Virus record (IMG/VR): IMGVR_UViG_3300021964_000012
Coordinates: 186,001 to 250,000 of that record
Direction: 5' to 3' (one strand)
DNA: 64,000 nt
The translations under genes were made by a program, and so were the position numbers. The notes beneath the pieces are model-generated. The model was not told where the DNA came from. It ran no database searches and was given only the letters and a program-made list of their open reading frames with translations. Shown in pieces: positions 26,991-36,984 of this stretch; position 1 is the stretch's first letter, and the number at the start of each line of letters is the position of its first letter.

Positions 26991-28586
26991 TTACACACTA
27001 AAGTGTTCTATGGAATATTGAAAAGTATTTGCAATTGTGCTGGTATATTGAATACTAATTGTTGAGCCACTTTGTATTGCACTTAATACAAAGTTGTTTG
27101 GATTGTCTTCACTATAGTCGTCAACGTAAGCAAGTGTTCCAGCACTATCATCTGTGTCTTGACCGACAACTCTTAGTGTGCCAAAACGTACTACATTGGT
27201 TGATGATTCTTTCATTTGGTAATTTACATTAAATGCAGTTGCATTACCAGTATTAACAGTAAAAATTGTAGTTGCACTACCTTCCACTGATAGGTCTGTA
27301 CTGACTCCAGCTAGTCTATGGTAGGTTCCGAACTCAATTTCGTTACCGCTTATAAGTGCATAACAGGCTTTGTTGTTAAGTTCTACTCTTGGTTGTGTAA
27401 GATTATCAGCGTCGCTTCGTTCAAACATATCGCCAATGCTTACATTATCATCTCCGTTGATTTCGATTACTGGAGATGATGCATTACCTGCTCCTAAGTA
27501 GTCATTGCCGACATCTAAGAATATATTATATGCACTCACATTGAATGCAACTGCACCTATGCTTATACCTTGCTTGCCAATATTATCAAATAAGTTTTGT
27601 ACAATACGTACACCTTCAGGCCCACCATTGTCTGGAGTGCCTGTGCCTAACATTACACCTTGATAAAGGTGTCTAAGATCACAATTTTGTATTGTAACAC
27701 CTTGTATGTTTTCATCAGTGATCAGTCCGTAAGTTAAATAACTAAATTTACAATTCTCAAATTCAATTGCTTTACATGTAAAACTTGGAGTACTATCAAA
27801 ACGTACTCCAGCAATGTCTGCACTTGCGTCTACAGGATTTGCACTTAGGTTACCTTTGAAGTTACAATTGCTTACATTCACACCATGAGCTCTATCAATA
27901 AGCATCATATCAACACCAGCTTCTAAGCTGGTAAAGCTCATTCCAGTAATAACAATATCTATAGGATGCTGGGCACTATTGTTCCCAATGTTCGCACCAG
28001 TTTGTTGTAAACTATCAGCAGTTTGTATTACATATGCACCAAAAGAACTGTCTGATCCTACATCCATTTCTAAGATTGAACTATCCGGCCCATCACCCCA
28101 AAGTTTAGCATAAGATGGTACTAAAATTGACTGGGTAATTCTATAAGTCCCTGCAGGGAAATAAAGACTGCGTCTTATAGTTGTATTTGTTTGTACACAA
28201 AACAATTGAAATAAGGCTCGATTTATAGCATCAGTATCATCAGTAACTCCATCACCAGTTGCACCAAAATCAAGGACACTTGCAAAGTTATCTAATTTTG
28301 CCTGTAATGTTTGTTCGATAGGATCATTTGTAGTTGGACCAGTTTGTGCAGTATACCCAGCATGTTCGCCTTTGTAAGTATAGGCGGTTGCAATATTTAG
28401 GATATCACTGTATTGTGTTAGGATTTCAGTATTGCCAACTGCCGGTGCACCTTCAGCAAGTGTTCCATTTCCAATGTATAATCTTCTTTCATCGATTACC
28501 CATCCAAATTCAGCTGCTGCTAACTGCGGTAAGTTATCAGCTAATCCTTTTCGGTTGGTAATCCGTGATACTTGTACTATTGCCAT
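26991..28586 (-). CDS. Virion fibre/appendage protein with pectate-lyase-like beta-helix
   Basis: N-terminal LPQLAAAEFGW..DERRLYIGNG (tail-fibre/Mtd-N-like). SVLDFGATGDGVTDDTDAIN and LYFPAGTYRI are the Pectate_lyase_3 signature. Late promoter at 28607-28612. Confidence 0.75.
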   Translation of the reverse strand: MAIVQVSRITNRKGLADNLPQLAAAEFGWVIDERRLYIGNGTLAEGAPAVGNTEILTQYSDILNIATAYTYKGEHAGYTAQTGPTTNDPIEQTLQAKLDNFASVLDFGATGDGVTDDTDAINRALFQLFCVQTNTTIRRSLYFPAGTYRITQSILVPSYAKLWGDGPDSSILEMDVGSDSSFGAYVIQTADSLQQTGANIGNNSAQHPIDIVITGMSFTSLEAGVDMMLIDRAHGVNVSNCNFKGNLSANPVDASADIAGVRFDSTPSFTCKAIEFENCKFSYLTYGLITDENIQGVTIQNCDLRHLYQGVMLGTGTPDNGGPEGVRIVQNLFDNIGKQGISIGAVAFNVSAYNIFLDVGNDYLGAGNASSPVIEINGDDNVSIGDMFERSDADNLTQPRVELNNKACYALISGNEIEFGTYHRLAGVSTDLSVEGSATTIFTVNTGNATAFNVNYQMKESSTNVVRFGTLRVVGQDTDDSAGTLAYVDDYSEDNPNNFVLSAIQSGSTISIQYTSTIANTFQYSIEHFSV

Positions 28587-28609
28587 TTATTAACTCCGAT
28601 TACGTGTAT

Positions 28610-29323
28610 TTAGCTTGAGATATAGTATTGCTCAACCCTCTTCCACCATTGTTGGCGCCAGTGCTCAAAATCATCTCCCTCAACAATAAATTCTTGGTAT
28701 AGTGGATCTTCTTTAAGATGTCCCATTTCATCAACTGCCGGCTTTACTGCCATTAATACTATCCCTTTACGTATTTTAGTTCCATAAACTTCATTGTGTG
28801 CTTCAGCATATGCACAAAGTTGTAGTTTATAGTCCTCAATCCATTCAACTTTTTTTGGTTTGTTTGACTGCTTAAAATCCATTATAGCATGTTCGCCTTT
28901 ATGCACACCAACACAATCTGTTGTTCCAGCATATATATTTGGAAAGTACATAGGTACTTCGACTCCCCATACTTCGTCTACATTACACATACCTTGTTTG
29001 ATCACTGCTTGTGCCATAGCATGTGATTGCCAACTAAATGGATTGTTGCCACGCTCTTTAATAGTTCCATCAATACAGTAGTTTTCTAAATAGGTATGCA
29101 TTCGTGTGCCTCTGTTGGCAGCTTCAGTAACTATCTTTTGTGCTTGATCAGTTCCTACACGTTTACGCCAACGTGCTAGTCCTTCTTGCTTTTCTTTTGA
29201 TTGTGTAGCACCAAGTATAGTAGTAACACTGGGCACGGCATTGCCATCGGGAGTAGAATACAGGCGCTTGCCGTCAACCTGTTTTCGTGAGAGATTTTTG
29301 TATTGAAATTTTTCTATAAGCAT
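28610..29323 (-). CDS. PD-(D/E)XK exonuclease
   Basis: PSVTTIL, RGTRMH, E, YAGTTDC, IMDFKQS and QLCAYA. Confidence 0.88.
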   Translation of the reverse strand: MLIEKFQYKNLSRKQVDGKRLYSTPDGNAVPSVTTILGATQSKEKQEGLARWRKRVGTDQAQKIVTEAANRGTRMHTYLENYCIDGTIKERGNNPFSWQSHAMAQAVIKQGMCNVDEVWGVEVPMYFPNIYAGTTDCVGVHKGEHAIMDFKQSNKPKKVEWIEDYKLQLCAYAEAHNEVYGTKIRKGIVLMAVKPAVDEMGHLKEDPLYQEFIVEGDDFEHWRQQWWKRVEQYYISS

Positions 29324-29335
29324 CTATCTATTATA

Positions 29336-30034
29336 CTATAGTTTGATCCATTCTGCAAGTTTTTTTGCAATAACAGCATGTCCATTATGATTAGGATGGG
29401 CAAAGTTTGGACGTATATATTCATTGTCTTGTACTCCTAACAGATGCTCGCCATTGTGATCAGTTGCTCCAAGCCAGTCAGCAGCAGTTTCAGCACCACC
29501 TTTGTAGATTTTGTTAATATCTACACCTGGTAACCATTCAGTTTGCCTGATCCATCCTGCAAAATAATAATCGTCAATATCAAGTGATTTACACATCTGT
29601 TGAAGTGTAAGTACTGCCATGTTAGCCCTAATTATATCTCGATTACCATTATGAAAGTGTAACTTTAGTTCTTTAACAAAATCTTTAGCATCACCAGGCC
29701 AGTGTTTTCTTTCATTGCTTAAAGCATTCCAACTCGTACTCAATGGCCAGTGCATACTTCGTGCTGGATTTGTTAGGAAAAAAATTGCAGTAACATTTTC
29801 TAACTTTGATTGTATTAGTTGCAGTACCATATCTTCAATACTTGCACCTGCTGACCCGTAGTTTATAAACTTATATCCATATTGTTCTGCAAGTTGACGT
29901 CCATAAGGATATTGACCTAAATCTTCTTTTAGTTCTCCGCCCTGTGGCCAACTGTCGCCAAAAGTAACTAGTGTTTTATGTAAGTGGGTTTGCTGCATCT
30001 GCCATGCCGGCAACAGTATCTTGTGCTTGGTCAA
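29336..30034 (-). CDS. SGNH/GDSL-hydrolase-like protein
   Basis: FGDSW, NYGSAGAS and C-terminal HPNHNGH..IA. Confidence 0.7.
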   Translation of the reverse strand: MTKHKILLPAWQMQQTHLHKTLVTFGDSWPQGGELKEDLGQYPYGRQLAEQYGYKFINYGSAGASIEDMVLQLIQSKLENVTAIFFLTNPARSMHWPLSTSWNALSNERKHWPGDAKDFVKELKLHFHNGNRDIIRANMAVLTLQQMCKSLDIDDYYFAGWIRQTEWLPGVDINKIYKGGAETAADWLGATDHNGEHLLGVQDNEYIRPNFAHPNHNGHAVIAKKLAEWIKL

Positions 30035-30326
30035 CTGTCATGGTGTCAGAACCTTCTTCACCAGTGATGCCAGCTCCAACAAGTACAATGTTATCTGCAT
30101 CTACATTTTGAATAATGTTCTTTAGAGGATCTTGCGTTGCTAAAGTACGTAGTTGTTGATCAGTGATGTTCACACCCATGTTGTGTGCCATGCTTAGAAA
30201 AACATCTATTGGTACTGTGTGTTGTGTATCTTCGTCATCAGCTCTGCCCAGCAGATATTCTGCGAGTGCAGTTAGTTGTTGTGCAGATGGTTTATCTGAT
30301 CTACTTGTGAACTCAAGTATACGCAT
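29976..30326 (-). CDS. Acidic hypothetical protein, putative internal head protein
   Basis: MRILEF N-terminus ([IL]xE motif); coupled to the upstream gene. Confidence 0.5.
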   Translation of the reverse strand: MRILEFTSRSDKPSAQQLTALAEYLLGRADDEDTQHTVPIDVFLSMAHNMGVNITDQQLRTLATQDPLKNIIQNVDADNIVLVGAGITGEEGSDTMTVDQAQDTVAGMADAANPLT

Positions 30327-31358
30327 TTATCTTCTTGCTCTACCAAGAGCTCCATCTTGTACATCAACATTTACATCAACTGCTTCACCGCCTGCTTCTG
30401 CATCAACGTTTACATCTGCAACTGCATCAATTGGATCTGCCGCTAGTGGATCTGCTACTGGCTCATCTATTGCTGGAGTGCCTGCAACTTCTTCTTGTCC
30501 TGGTACTACAGGAGCAACACCTGTTAGTGTTCCTTGTGCAGTTTCCATTTCAACTTTTGCAGCCTGTATTGAATCAACTAGGACTGCTAAACTTTGACCG
30601 GCAGCATCATTAAATGCTTGTGCTTCTGTAGTGCCTATGGTTGTTTGTATTGAACTACTCAATGCAGGTAAATCTTTAAACTGCATTGATGTTACATCTT
30701 CTAACATCTTCTGCATTCTGTCTACCATGTCCTGTGCAGCCAACACAACCTGTGCTTGTTGTACTTCACTTTCAGTTAGATAACGTCCTGACTTGGTTCT
30801 AAGTTTTGCGCCTTCACGCATTTTTGCAAGTATAGCACCAGCAACTCGATCACCGGCCGCTTTGCTTCCGTATCTTTTAGAGGCATCCTTGGCAATCTTT
30901 TTAAAGTTCTTTCCTGGTTTTCCTATGTCTTTACCAGCACGAGCTTTTTTTGCACTGTAATCTTCTTTGGCTTCGTCCATATCATCAAGATTTATTTTTC
31001 CAGACTCGACATCACTTTTAAATTGTGTTGCAGTAGCCATATCTGCAGTTCCGATGCTTTGTCCATTAGCACTAATTTTTGTTGCACCAGTTTGTGGTTC
31101 AAGTTTTACATCTGCTTCACGAACTCTTGCGGCCAATCCTCTTTCCATAACCAATAATTTTAGATAAGATGGATCTTTTTCACTGCCTGCAAGTGGGTTA
31201 GTAGAACGATGTTCGTAGATTAATCCACGTACTTTAGTGAGCATGTCACTGGCCTTTTTACTAGGCATTTTTGTAAAATCAACACGGTTACCAAAAAAAC
31301 TCTCAAGCACTTGCTGAGACTTTTTGGTCTGAGGTGAATCTAAGTCAAATAATTTCAT
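30327..31358 (-). CDS. Putative prohead core/scaffold-like protein
   Basis: Start moved to MKLFDL (AAGGA RBS, TAAATA at 31382-31387). Several xE sites (VREA, MDEA, MREG, LTES), a basic AGKDIGKPGKNF module and an acidic Pro/Ala tail. Confidence 0.5.
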   Translation of the reverse strand: MKLFDLDSPQTKKSQQVLESFFGNRVDFTKMPSKKASDMLTKVRGLIYEHRSTNPLAGSEKDPSYLKLLVMERGLAARVREADVKLEPQTGATKISANGQSIGTADMATATQFKSDVESGKINLDDMDEAKEDYSAKKARAGKDIGKPGKNFKKIAKDASKRYGSKAAGDRVAGAILAKMREGAKLRTKSGRYLTESEVQQAQVVLAAQDMVDRMQKMLEDVTSMQFKDLPALSSSIQTTIGTTEAQAFNDAAGQSLAVLVDSIQAAKVEMETAQGTLTGVAPVVPGQEEVAGTPAIDEPVADPLAADPIDAVADVNVDAEAGGEAVDVNVDVQDGALGRARR

Positions 31359-31839
31359 TGTCGAATCCTTTTTGCTGACAGTATTTAGCAACATTTATAC
31401 TTTTGGTCAATTGTTTTTGTATGATATTGTATTCATATTTTGCACTTGATAGTCTATGTAATACAACTTCTTTACGAAAATTGTCTGTGCGTGGACTAGT
31501 TATTACATGCCTGTAGTGCATCATTTCATTTTGTCTGTGCAGTAATTTGTCTTCAAGAGCAACTAAATGTTTTGCATCCATTTGCATTTTATTTTTATCT
31601 AAAATACAGTAACTAAGTGCAATTCTAATAGTACTACAACTTGTTACGTACAATTCGTTTTTGTAAATTTTATACTCGTTTGGAGTAACTTTTTCTATTT
31701 CATATTCAGCAAAAGCCATAATGCTATCGCCGTTGCGAAAAATTGCATTGGGATTTGAGTTCAGAAGTTCATCTGCAATTTTGTTTAATAATCTTGAGGC
31801 TTTTTCTGTTACCCGACTACGTAAGTGATCACTAACCAT
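31345..31839 (-). CDS. Hypothetical protein
   Basis: Intact ORF in the late-gene run. Confidence 0.5.
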   Translation of the reverse strand: MVSDHLRSRVTEKASRLLNKIADELLNSNPNAIFRNGDSIMAFAEYEIEKVTPNEYKIYKNELYVTSCSTIRIALSYCILDKNKMQMDAKHLVALEDKLLHRQNEMMHYRHVITSPRTDNFRKEVVLHRLSSAKYEYNIIQKQLTKSINVAKYCQQKGFDNEII

Positions 31840-32072
31840 CCAACTGTTCCTAAAAGAGCTGCAATAATTCCTGTTCCCCAGCCTATCAACTGGTCAGTCC
31901 TACGTTGAGTCATTTTCTCAACCATAGTATGGACTTCATTAATCATCATTTCCAAGCGATCTACTTTTTTATCTAAGCCTTCTATATTTGAGGCCATAGA
32001 TTTATATCGCTCTGCACATAAATCAACATGTGCTTCTAAACTCTTTTTTTCGATTGGTGTTGTGTCAGCCAT
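31809..32072 (-). CDS. Coiled-coil plus C-terminal TM protein (XhlA/holin-like architecture)
   Basis: Heptads followed by LIGWGTGIIAALLGTVGWLVITYVV. TATAAATA at 32099-32106. Confidence 0.5.
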   Translation of the reverse strand: MADTTPIEKKSLEAHVDLCAERYKSMASNIEGLDKKVDRLEMMINEVHTMVEKMTQRRTDQLIGWGTGIIAALLGTVGWLVITYVVG

Positions 32073-32121
32073 CGGTATCTCTAAATTCTTGTTGCAAGTA
32101 TTTATAAAATCTCATTGATTT

Positions 32122-32568
32122 TTACTGTTCAAAATTATCAATAATATCAAAGCTAATATTCTTTTTTTCGCCCTTTGCGATAAGATAAGGCATTAAAAAA
32201 CCTTCGGTATAGGTTTCTGATAAACCAACTATCATTGGTACACCATGAACTTCTTGTTTTAGCAAACCAAGTGGATCGTTTCCATCACTGAAAATATCAG
32301 TGTGTTCTATACCAAAACTAAAAGTCCACATGGTATGTGAATGTTTTTTTATAATTTGTGGATCAGATACATTCAGTGGTTGGGTTTGTAGACTAACGCA
32401 CTGTAGAATTGTTTCCCAATTGCGTTGTTGATTACGACTATAGTTCCATTCGTCGATGGTTTTTATTTGTTTGCCTGTGTTGTCGGCATAGCCATGTTGT
32501 AGTTTTCTGTAACTTTTAGTTCCAGTTGGAGTGCAGTCAAAGTATGTCATTACACTAATTGTTTGCAT
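32122..32568 (-). CDS. Hypothetical protein
   Basis: Start moved to MQTISV (GGAG RBS). Confidence 0.55.
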   Translation of the reverse strand: MQTISVMTYFDCTPTGTKSYRKLQHGYADNTGKQIKTIDEWNYSRNQQRNWETILQCVSLQTQPLNVSDPQIIKKHSHTMWTFSFGIEHTDIFSDGNDPLGLLKQEVHGVPMIVGLSETYTEGFLMPYLIAKGEKKNISFDIIDNFEQ

Positions 32569-32779
32569 TACGCAGGCTCCAGTATACCTGTAGTTTATCA
32601 AGCATTTCTTTGAGAGCAGGATCAAAAGGAGATTCAGCTACAATGTTATCTATTTGGTCTGCAATAGGATGGTCTTTTTCTTTTTTTAACACAAGTTCAC
32701 GTTTGGTGCTATTTGCACGCCTACGGTAAACTGTGTCGCCTCGATCCGGACTTTCATATATCCATTCAGTCTTTTGCAT
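32555..32779 (-). CDS. Hypothetical protein (WIYESPDxGxTVYRR motif), probably leaderless
   Basis: ATG lies 5 nt downstream of TAAATA (32785-32790). Confidence 0.55.
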   Translation of the reverse strand: MQKTEWIYESPDRGDTVYRRRANSTKRELVLKKEKDHPIADQIDNIVAESPFDPALKEMLDKLQVYWSLRNANN

Positions 32780-32795
32780 GCGAATATTTAGCCAC

Positions 32796-32828
32796 AAAAA
32801 AACCCTAGTTAATAAAAACTAGGGTTTA
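32796..32828 (-). terminator. Intrinsic terminator
   Basis: CCCTAGTT-AATAA-AACTAGGG stem with a U-tract on the minus strand. Confidence 0.8.
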
Positions 32829-32852
32829 GTATTTGGTTATAGCAAATTAAAA

Positions 32853-33266
32853 TTATGCTAACTTGAAACCACCTGTTGTTACAGTTGAACTTGAACAGTC
32901 TACGCTGTTTGAACCAGCGGCTGTTAATGTTCTAATTGATGTTTGTAATGTTGATGCTGTGTATGCACCTGTTGGGTAGATACCAACTGAAATCTGTCCA
33001 CTTGTGTCATCTTCAACTTGGTATACAGCCACTGTAGATGTCTGCTGGATGTTTTCTAAAATTGCTTCTACTGCTAATCCTGTTCCAACTTCTGCTTGTA
33101 AGTCTACGGCTGAACCATCATCAATTAAAAGTTTGAAGAAGTCTAGTTTTGGACCTTGTAGGTTAACTGGAGCTGATTCAGCTAAAGCACCTGAAAGTGC
33201 ACCGTTGTTTGTGTCAATATGGAATACCTGTTGTGCATTACCATGGGTTCTTGTAAATTCTGCCAT
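32853..33266 (-). CDS. Small Thr/Ser/Gly-rich putative structural protein
   Basis: Monocistronic: late promoter at 33315-33320, hairpin leader, AGGAG RBS and its own terminator. Confidence 0.55.
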   Translation of the reverse strand: MAEFTRTHGNAQQVFHIDTNNGALSGALAESAPVNLQGPKLDFFKLLIDDGSAVDLQAEVGTGLAVEAILENIQQTSTVAVYQVEDDTSGQISVGIYPTGAYTASTLQTSIRTLTAAGSNSVDCSSSTVTTGGFKLA

Positions 33267-33317
33267 TTTAATCTCCTATATCTAATGGTGGAATCCGTAA
33301 TCGGTTCCTACTTTTAT

Positions 33318-34964
33318 TTACCTTTTTACCCTCATTAATGACCTACGCATAAACTCATAGAATTCGTTCTGCAAACCGGTTTTACGCATCTGTAGCATAA
33401 GTCTTTGACGAATTGTGTTTTTGTCTCTTGGTGTTTGTCTTTCCCAGTTTGAGATTTGTCTACGCATTTGTATCAGTGGCGCAGGCAGAAAATCTTCCAT
33501 CTGGCGTTGTAACATCAACATCATGTAGCTGTAATCACTATTGTTGAATTCTCTTTTCATTATCTGTCGTAGATTACGTTTCAGTCTAAGTTCAGGTATT
33601 GTAATTTGTGCGTTTTGTACAACTCTGTCTTTGAACTTTTCTGGCTTCATCAGTATAGCAATTACATTGTAGAGATCTGGTTGAGAAGTTCTAAATCCAG
33701 GCCAGTTCTGTAAATTCATTATTTCTTCTGCTATTCGGGCAGCATACGCAGGATCACTGTTTACAAATATTTGCAATGCTAACAGTTGTTCAAACAGTTG
33801 CTCACCTAGTTGTTTCAATGTCAATCCATTTAGATGTCTTGGTGTTCTATATGCACGACTTTCTGTCAACCAATCAAAAGCAATTTTTTCTTTCTCTTTG
33901 CTTTCTGTCAGTCCTTTGACACGTGCAATAGCATTCCATCTTTGACTTACAGTGTCTACCCATTCCCATTTGTCGCCTGTAAATGCACTTACGCCTTTTA
34001 CAAATATATCCCATTCGCCTCTGTGTATATCGTTATCATCTAGGTGTCTTGATATTTTGTATTCTAATCCATTGTGCGTCATCAAATATGCACCTGGCTC
34101 TTTAGGATGCTTTTTAGTTGCTCCTTCGCTGACAGTAGTTTTCATAATTACTTCTGGCATTTTCATATGTGAAATATTACTACCAAATGGTACGATACTT
34201 TTTTCGTACCTACGTGCTAGATCTATTTTTTCTTCTTCATCATCAGTGCGATAAAACTGGTTAGCAATTGCCATGTCTGCAACTACTGTGCCCGCAGGAG
34301 GGTCAATAAATGTAGGGCGATATAGATTTACTTTTTTTAGATCTTTATTGGTTAAACTATAAAACGTGCTTTCCCATTTGTCTGGATGAAGTGCATAACG
34401 ACCATTGCGTTGTGGCACATAGTCTACTAATTCATCATCTCCATCATGGAACTTGCCTAGTTTTTGTAAATGCACAACTTTGCCTTCAGTTGGTTTTTTC
34501 AGATAGTACTCTAGTCTTCCTCTTTCTGTGCTTACATCAACTTCTTCTCTAACTGTGCTACGTGGCATTTCATAACGTGTGCCAATTCTGAATGGCGAGT
34601 CTTCAACTGTGAATACTCTGTTTGGTGTGTCAAAATTTTTCTTACGCATTACAGTTTTAGCAATTAAATCTAGTTCGTCATTGTCTTTGTCTAACACTAA
34701 TGCAAAAGGCACATTTATGTCTGTCTGTAAATCACGCATGACCGCTTCACTGTCAGGACCCATCTGTGCAATAGGTTTGCCATAACGTTTGCGTTCTTGT
34801 TTAAACAGTCTTGTAAGCTCTGCTGGCACTATTGGTTTTTCATTACGTTCACTGTTTACTCTATCCATAAAGTGTTTTGTAAACTCCACATCGATACCTA
34901 CATCAGCAAATATTCTATCTGCGAATGTTTCTAGTTGCTTCATATCGACTGCGGTTACTGGCAT
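33318..34964 (-). CDS. Modular putative internal head protein with an N-terminal HFxDR (RNase-toxin-like) module
   Basis: FTKHFMDRVNSERN...I...EL..LF and LIAKTVMRK. Modules are separated by VREE, VSEG, LTES and LTES. Confidence 0.45.
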   Translation of the reverse strand: MPVTAVDMKQLETFADRIFADVGIDVEFTKHFMDRVNSERNEKPIVPAELTRLFKQERKRYGKPIAQMGPDSEAVMRDLQTDINVPFALVLDKDNDELDLIAKTVMRKKNFDTPNRVFTVEDSPFRIGTRYEMPRSTVREEVDVSTERGRLEYYLKKPTEGKVVHLQKLGKFHDGDDELVDYVPQRNGRYALHPDKWESTFYSLTNKDLKKVNLYRPTFIDPPAGTVVADMAIANQFYRTDDEEEKIDLARRYEKSIVPFGSNISHMKMPEVIMKTTVSEGATKKHPKEPGAYLMTHNGLEYKISRHLDDNDIHRGEWDIFVKGVSAFTGDKWEWVDTVSQRWNAIARVKGLTESKEKEKIAFDWLTESRAYRTPRHLNGLTLKQLGEQLFEQLLALQIFVNSDPAYAARIAEEIMNLQNWPGFRTSQPDLYNVIAILMKPEKFKDRVVQNAQITIPELRLKRNLRQIMKREFNNSDYSYMMLMLQRQMEDFLPAPLIQMRRQISNWERQTPRDKNTIRQRLMLQMRKTGLQNEFYEFMRRSLMRVKR

Positions 34965-35104
34965 TATCTTTTGCCTTGTCCTCTATACATTTTGTAGGAT
35001 CGTCTTTTGTGTTTGTTCATTTTACATAAAGACGGCTTTCTTCCTATGCTGGTTTTTACAAATGTAGGTTCGTGTGTTGAACTTGTTGCATACATTTTTG
35101 CCAT
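34964..35104 (-). CDS. 46-aa basic peptide MAKMYATSSTHEPTFVKTSIGRKPSLCKMNKHKRRSYKMYRGQGKR (missing from the ORF track)
   Basis: My translation. TAATG overlaps with both neighbours; the YRGQG tail is typical of small marine T4-like phage proteins. Confidence 0.75.
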   Translation of the reverse strand: MAKMYATSSTHEPTFVKTSIGRKPSLCKMNKHKRRSYKMYRGQGKR

Positions 35105-36984
35105 TATGCTACTCCTGGGTTATTAGCCGCAAAGTTTACACGGCTGAATTTATCTCTATCAACAAGTTTTATGCCGTCTCCGACATAGCCCTCATGTCCG
35201 CTTACGCCTTTAATATCTGCTTTTACATCTTGATCTTGATCGTCAAGATCTTTAATCAATTTATCTTTTAGCAGTGCTATATTTACAAAAGAACTAAACA
35301 ACGCACTCACTGCACCTTGATTTTCGTTCATCCATTCAATTATTCTTGGTGCTTGTGTAGGCATTTTTTGTGTTACCCAAGGACCAAAATCTTTTACCAT
35401 GTTTGTAAAACCACCTTGACGTACCTTAAAATTTATGTATTGCTTCATCAACTTTGGAGTGCTGGTAATTTTCCTATTTCTTAGCTCTGATGGATTTAAA
35501 AATGCATCAATTGCAGGTGCATATTCGTTAAAGGTGTCTTGTATTTTAATTAACAGTCCTTTGTCTAATTCTATTGCACTTCCAGTATCTTTCATTGTAC
35601 TGTCTAATGCTAATACACCTGGAACCTTGTCGAGAACCCGAGTTGTTACTGGACGCACTGTTCCTTTAGGCTTGTCTATTTCTGTATGAACTGCAATACC
35701 TACGTTACTGTTTCCTATTTGTTTTCCAAGTGGCGTATCAGCACTTACTCTGTAGGTTACTTGGTTAGGTGTAAACACATATGAGTTGTCTTCTACAGGT
35801 GGTGTTGCACTGTACAACAGATCTGCTTGAACGAAACCTCTAAAATGCTGCGGCACAGCTCTGCTTAATAACGGAAATAACTTTTGATATACACCGATTA
35901 AATCTGTGTAATCACCCTTACGATTACTAAACACTCTTGCCATATCTTTTGCACTAGTAGCCAAACCATTATATCCTGTGGCTACAAATCCGCCTTTGTC
36001 TGTAAGAATAAACTGTCCATTGTTATCTCTGCCGAATACTATAGCAGGTTTGCCATCCCATTTGATAGTGTTAACTTTTGCTGGTTCTTCTGCACTGCGT
36101 CTTATTGCATCAATTGCTTGTTTAATTCCTTTGGATCCCATGTCAAAAACTAGATCTTCAGGATGTTCAATCCTAGCACCTTCAGCCAAATATGGTTTGT
36201 AATGAGCAGGGTTGTCTGAGACTACTTCCATGCCTTGATTGATGATTCTATCACGTAGTCTTGCCAACCAATCACTGCCGCCTTCTACAACTGATTCAAA
36301 GGTAAATCCTTCTCTTTCAGCATAACCACGGAAGTCTTCAAGTTTTTGATCACGTTGTGGATCATTTTGTAACGCACCTAGTATTGCTTCTACACTGAAC
36401 AAATCTTTTTCAGTAGCACCTTTGTTAAGTATTACTCTTGCAATGTCTGCTGGTAGATCTGTTACAAATTCGTTTGTTGATCTACTAACCAATCCTTGAT
36501 TTGGTGAAAGTTTATATCCGGCAGCTTTTGCAATTGAATTCATCAGTACATTACGTGTAACACCTTTGTAATCACTAGCTGGATCAGCACGCATTAGAAA
36601 CTTTGAAAAGTCTGGCTTCTGAACAAACATAAAGTCAGTCTGTATATAGCCTTGATCTTCTCTGCCTGTGATTGGTGCTTTGAAATGAACACTTATTCCA
36701 CTCTTACGCACCCATTCTCTAGGATCAAAGCCGTGAGATTCAGCCCACTGAGTTAGTTTGTTTTCAAGTTCTTGTTTGCTTATCGTTTTAGGGTCAACTG
36801 CTAGATCTAAATCACCTGATGTTGGTTTTTGTCCTGTGCTACCAAGCATGTTATCCATGAGAGACAATCCAGTGAGTTGCTCTAACCAAAGTACAGTAGG
36901 CTTTACATCTGTTTGATTAATACGCTTAGTTTGTATAGCACCATCAGCATCTTTGAAGACGTTGCCACCCTCTTTTAGTTTCAT
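35104..36984 (-). CDS. Fusion of a Pol-beta-family nucleotidyltransferase and an RNA-ligase-like adenylation domain
   Basis: N-domain LGS..QKPTSGDLDL with a third Asp in QTDF. C-domain KWDG (motif I), QADLLY (III), HEGYV (IV) and IKLV (V). No OB fold. Confidence 0.7.
   Translation of the reverse strand: MKLKEGGNVFKDADGAIQTKRINQTDVKPTVLWLEQLTGLSLMDNMLGSTGQKPTSGDLDLAVDPKTISKQELENKLTQWAESHGFDPREWVRKSGISVHFKAPITGREDQGYIQTDFMFVQKPDFSKFLMRADPASDYKGVTRNVLMNSIAKAAGYKLSPNQGLVSRSTNEFVTDLPADIARVILNKGATEKDLFSVEAILGALQNDPQRDQKLEDFRGYAEREGFTFESVVEGGSDWLARLRDRIINQGMEVVSDNPAHYKPYLAEGARIEHPEDLVFDMGSKGIKQAIDAIRRSAEEPAKVNTIKWDGKPAIVFGRDNNGQFILTDKGGFVATGYNGLATSAKDMARVFSNRKGDYTDLIGVYQKLFPLLSRAVPQHFRGFVQADLLYSATPPVEDNSYVFTPNQVTYRVSADTPLGKQIGNSNVGIAVHTEIDKPKGTVRPVTTRVLDKVPGVLALDSTMKDTGSAIELDKGLLIKIQDTFNEYAPAIDAFLNPSELRNRKITSTPKLMKQYINFKVRQGGFTNMVKDFGPWVTQKMPTQAPRIIEWMNENQGAVSALFSSFVNIALLKDKLIKDLDDQDQDVKADIKGVSGHEGYVGDGIKLVDRDKFSRVNFAANNPGVA

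Noticed and set aside
28610-29323. Cas4/CRISPR association of the PD-(D/E)XK nuclease
   Set aside because: No Fe-S Cys cluster pattern and no array or cas neighbours. This is a typical phage exonuclease.
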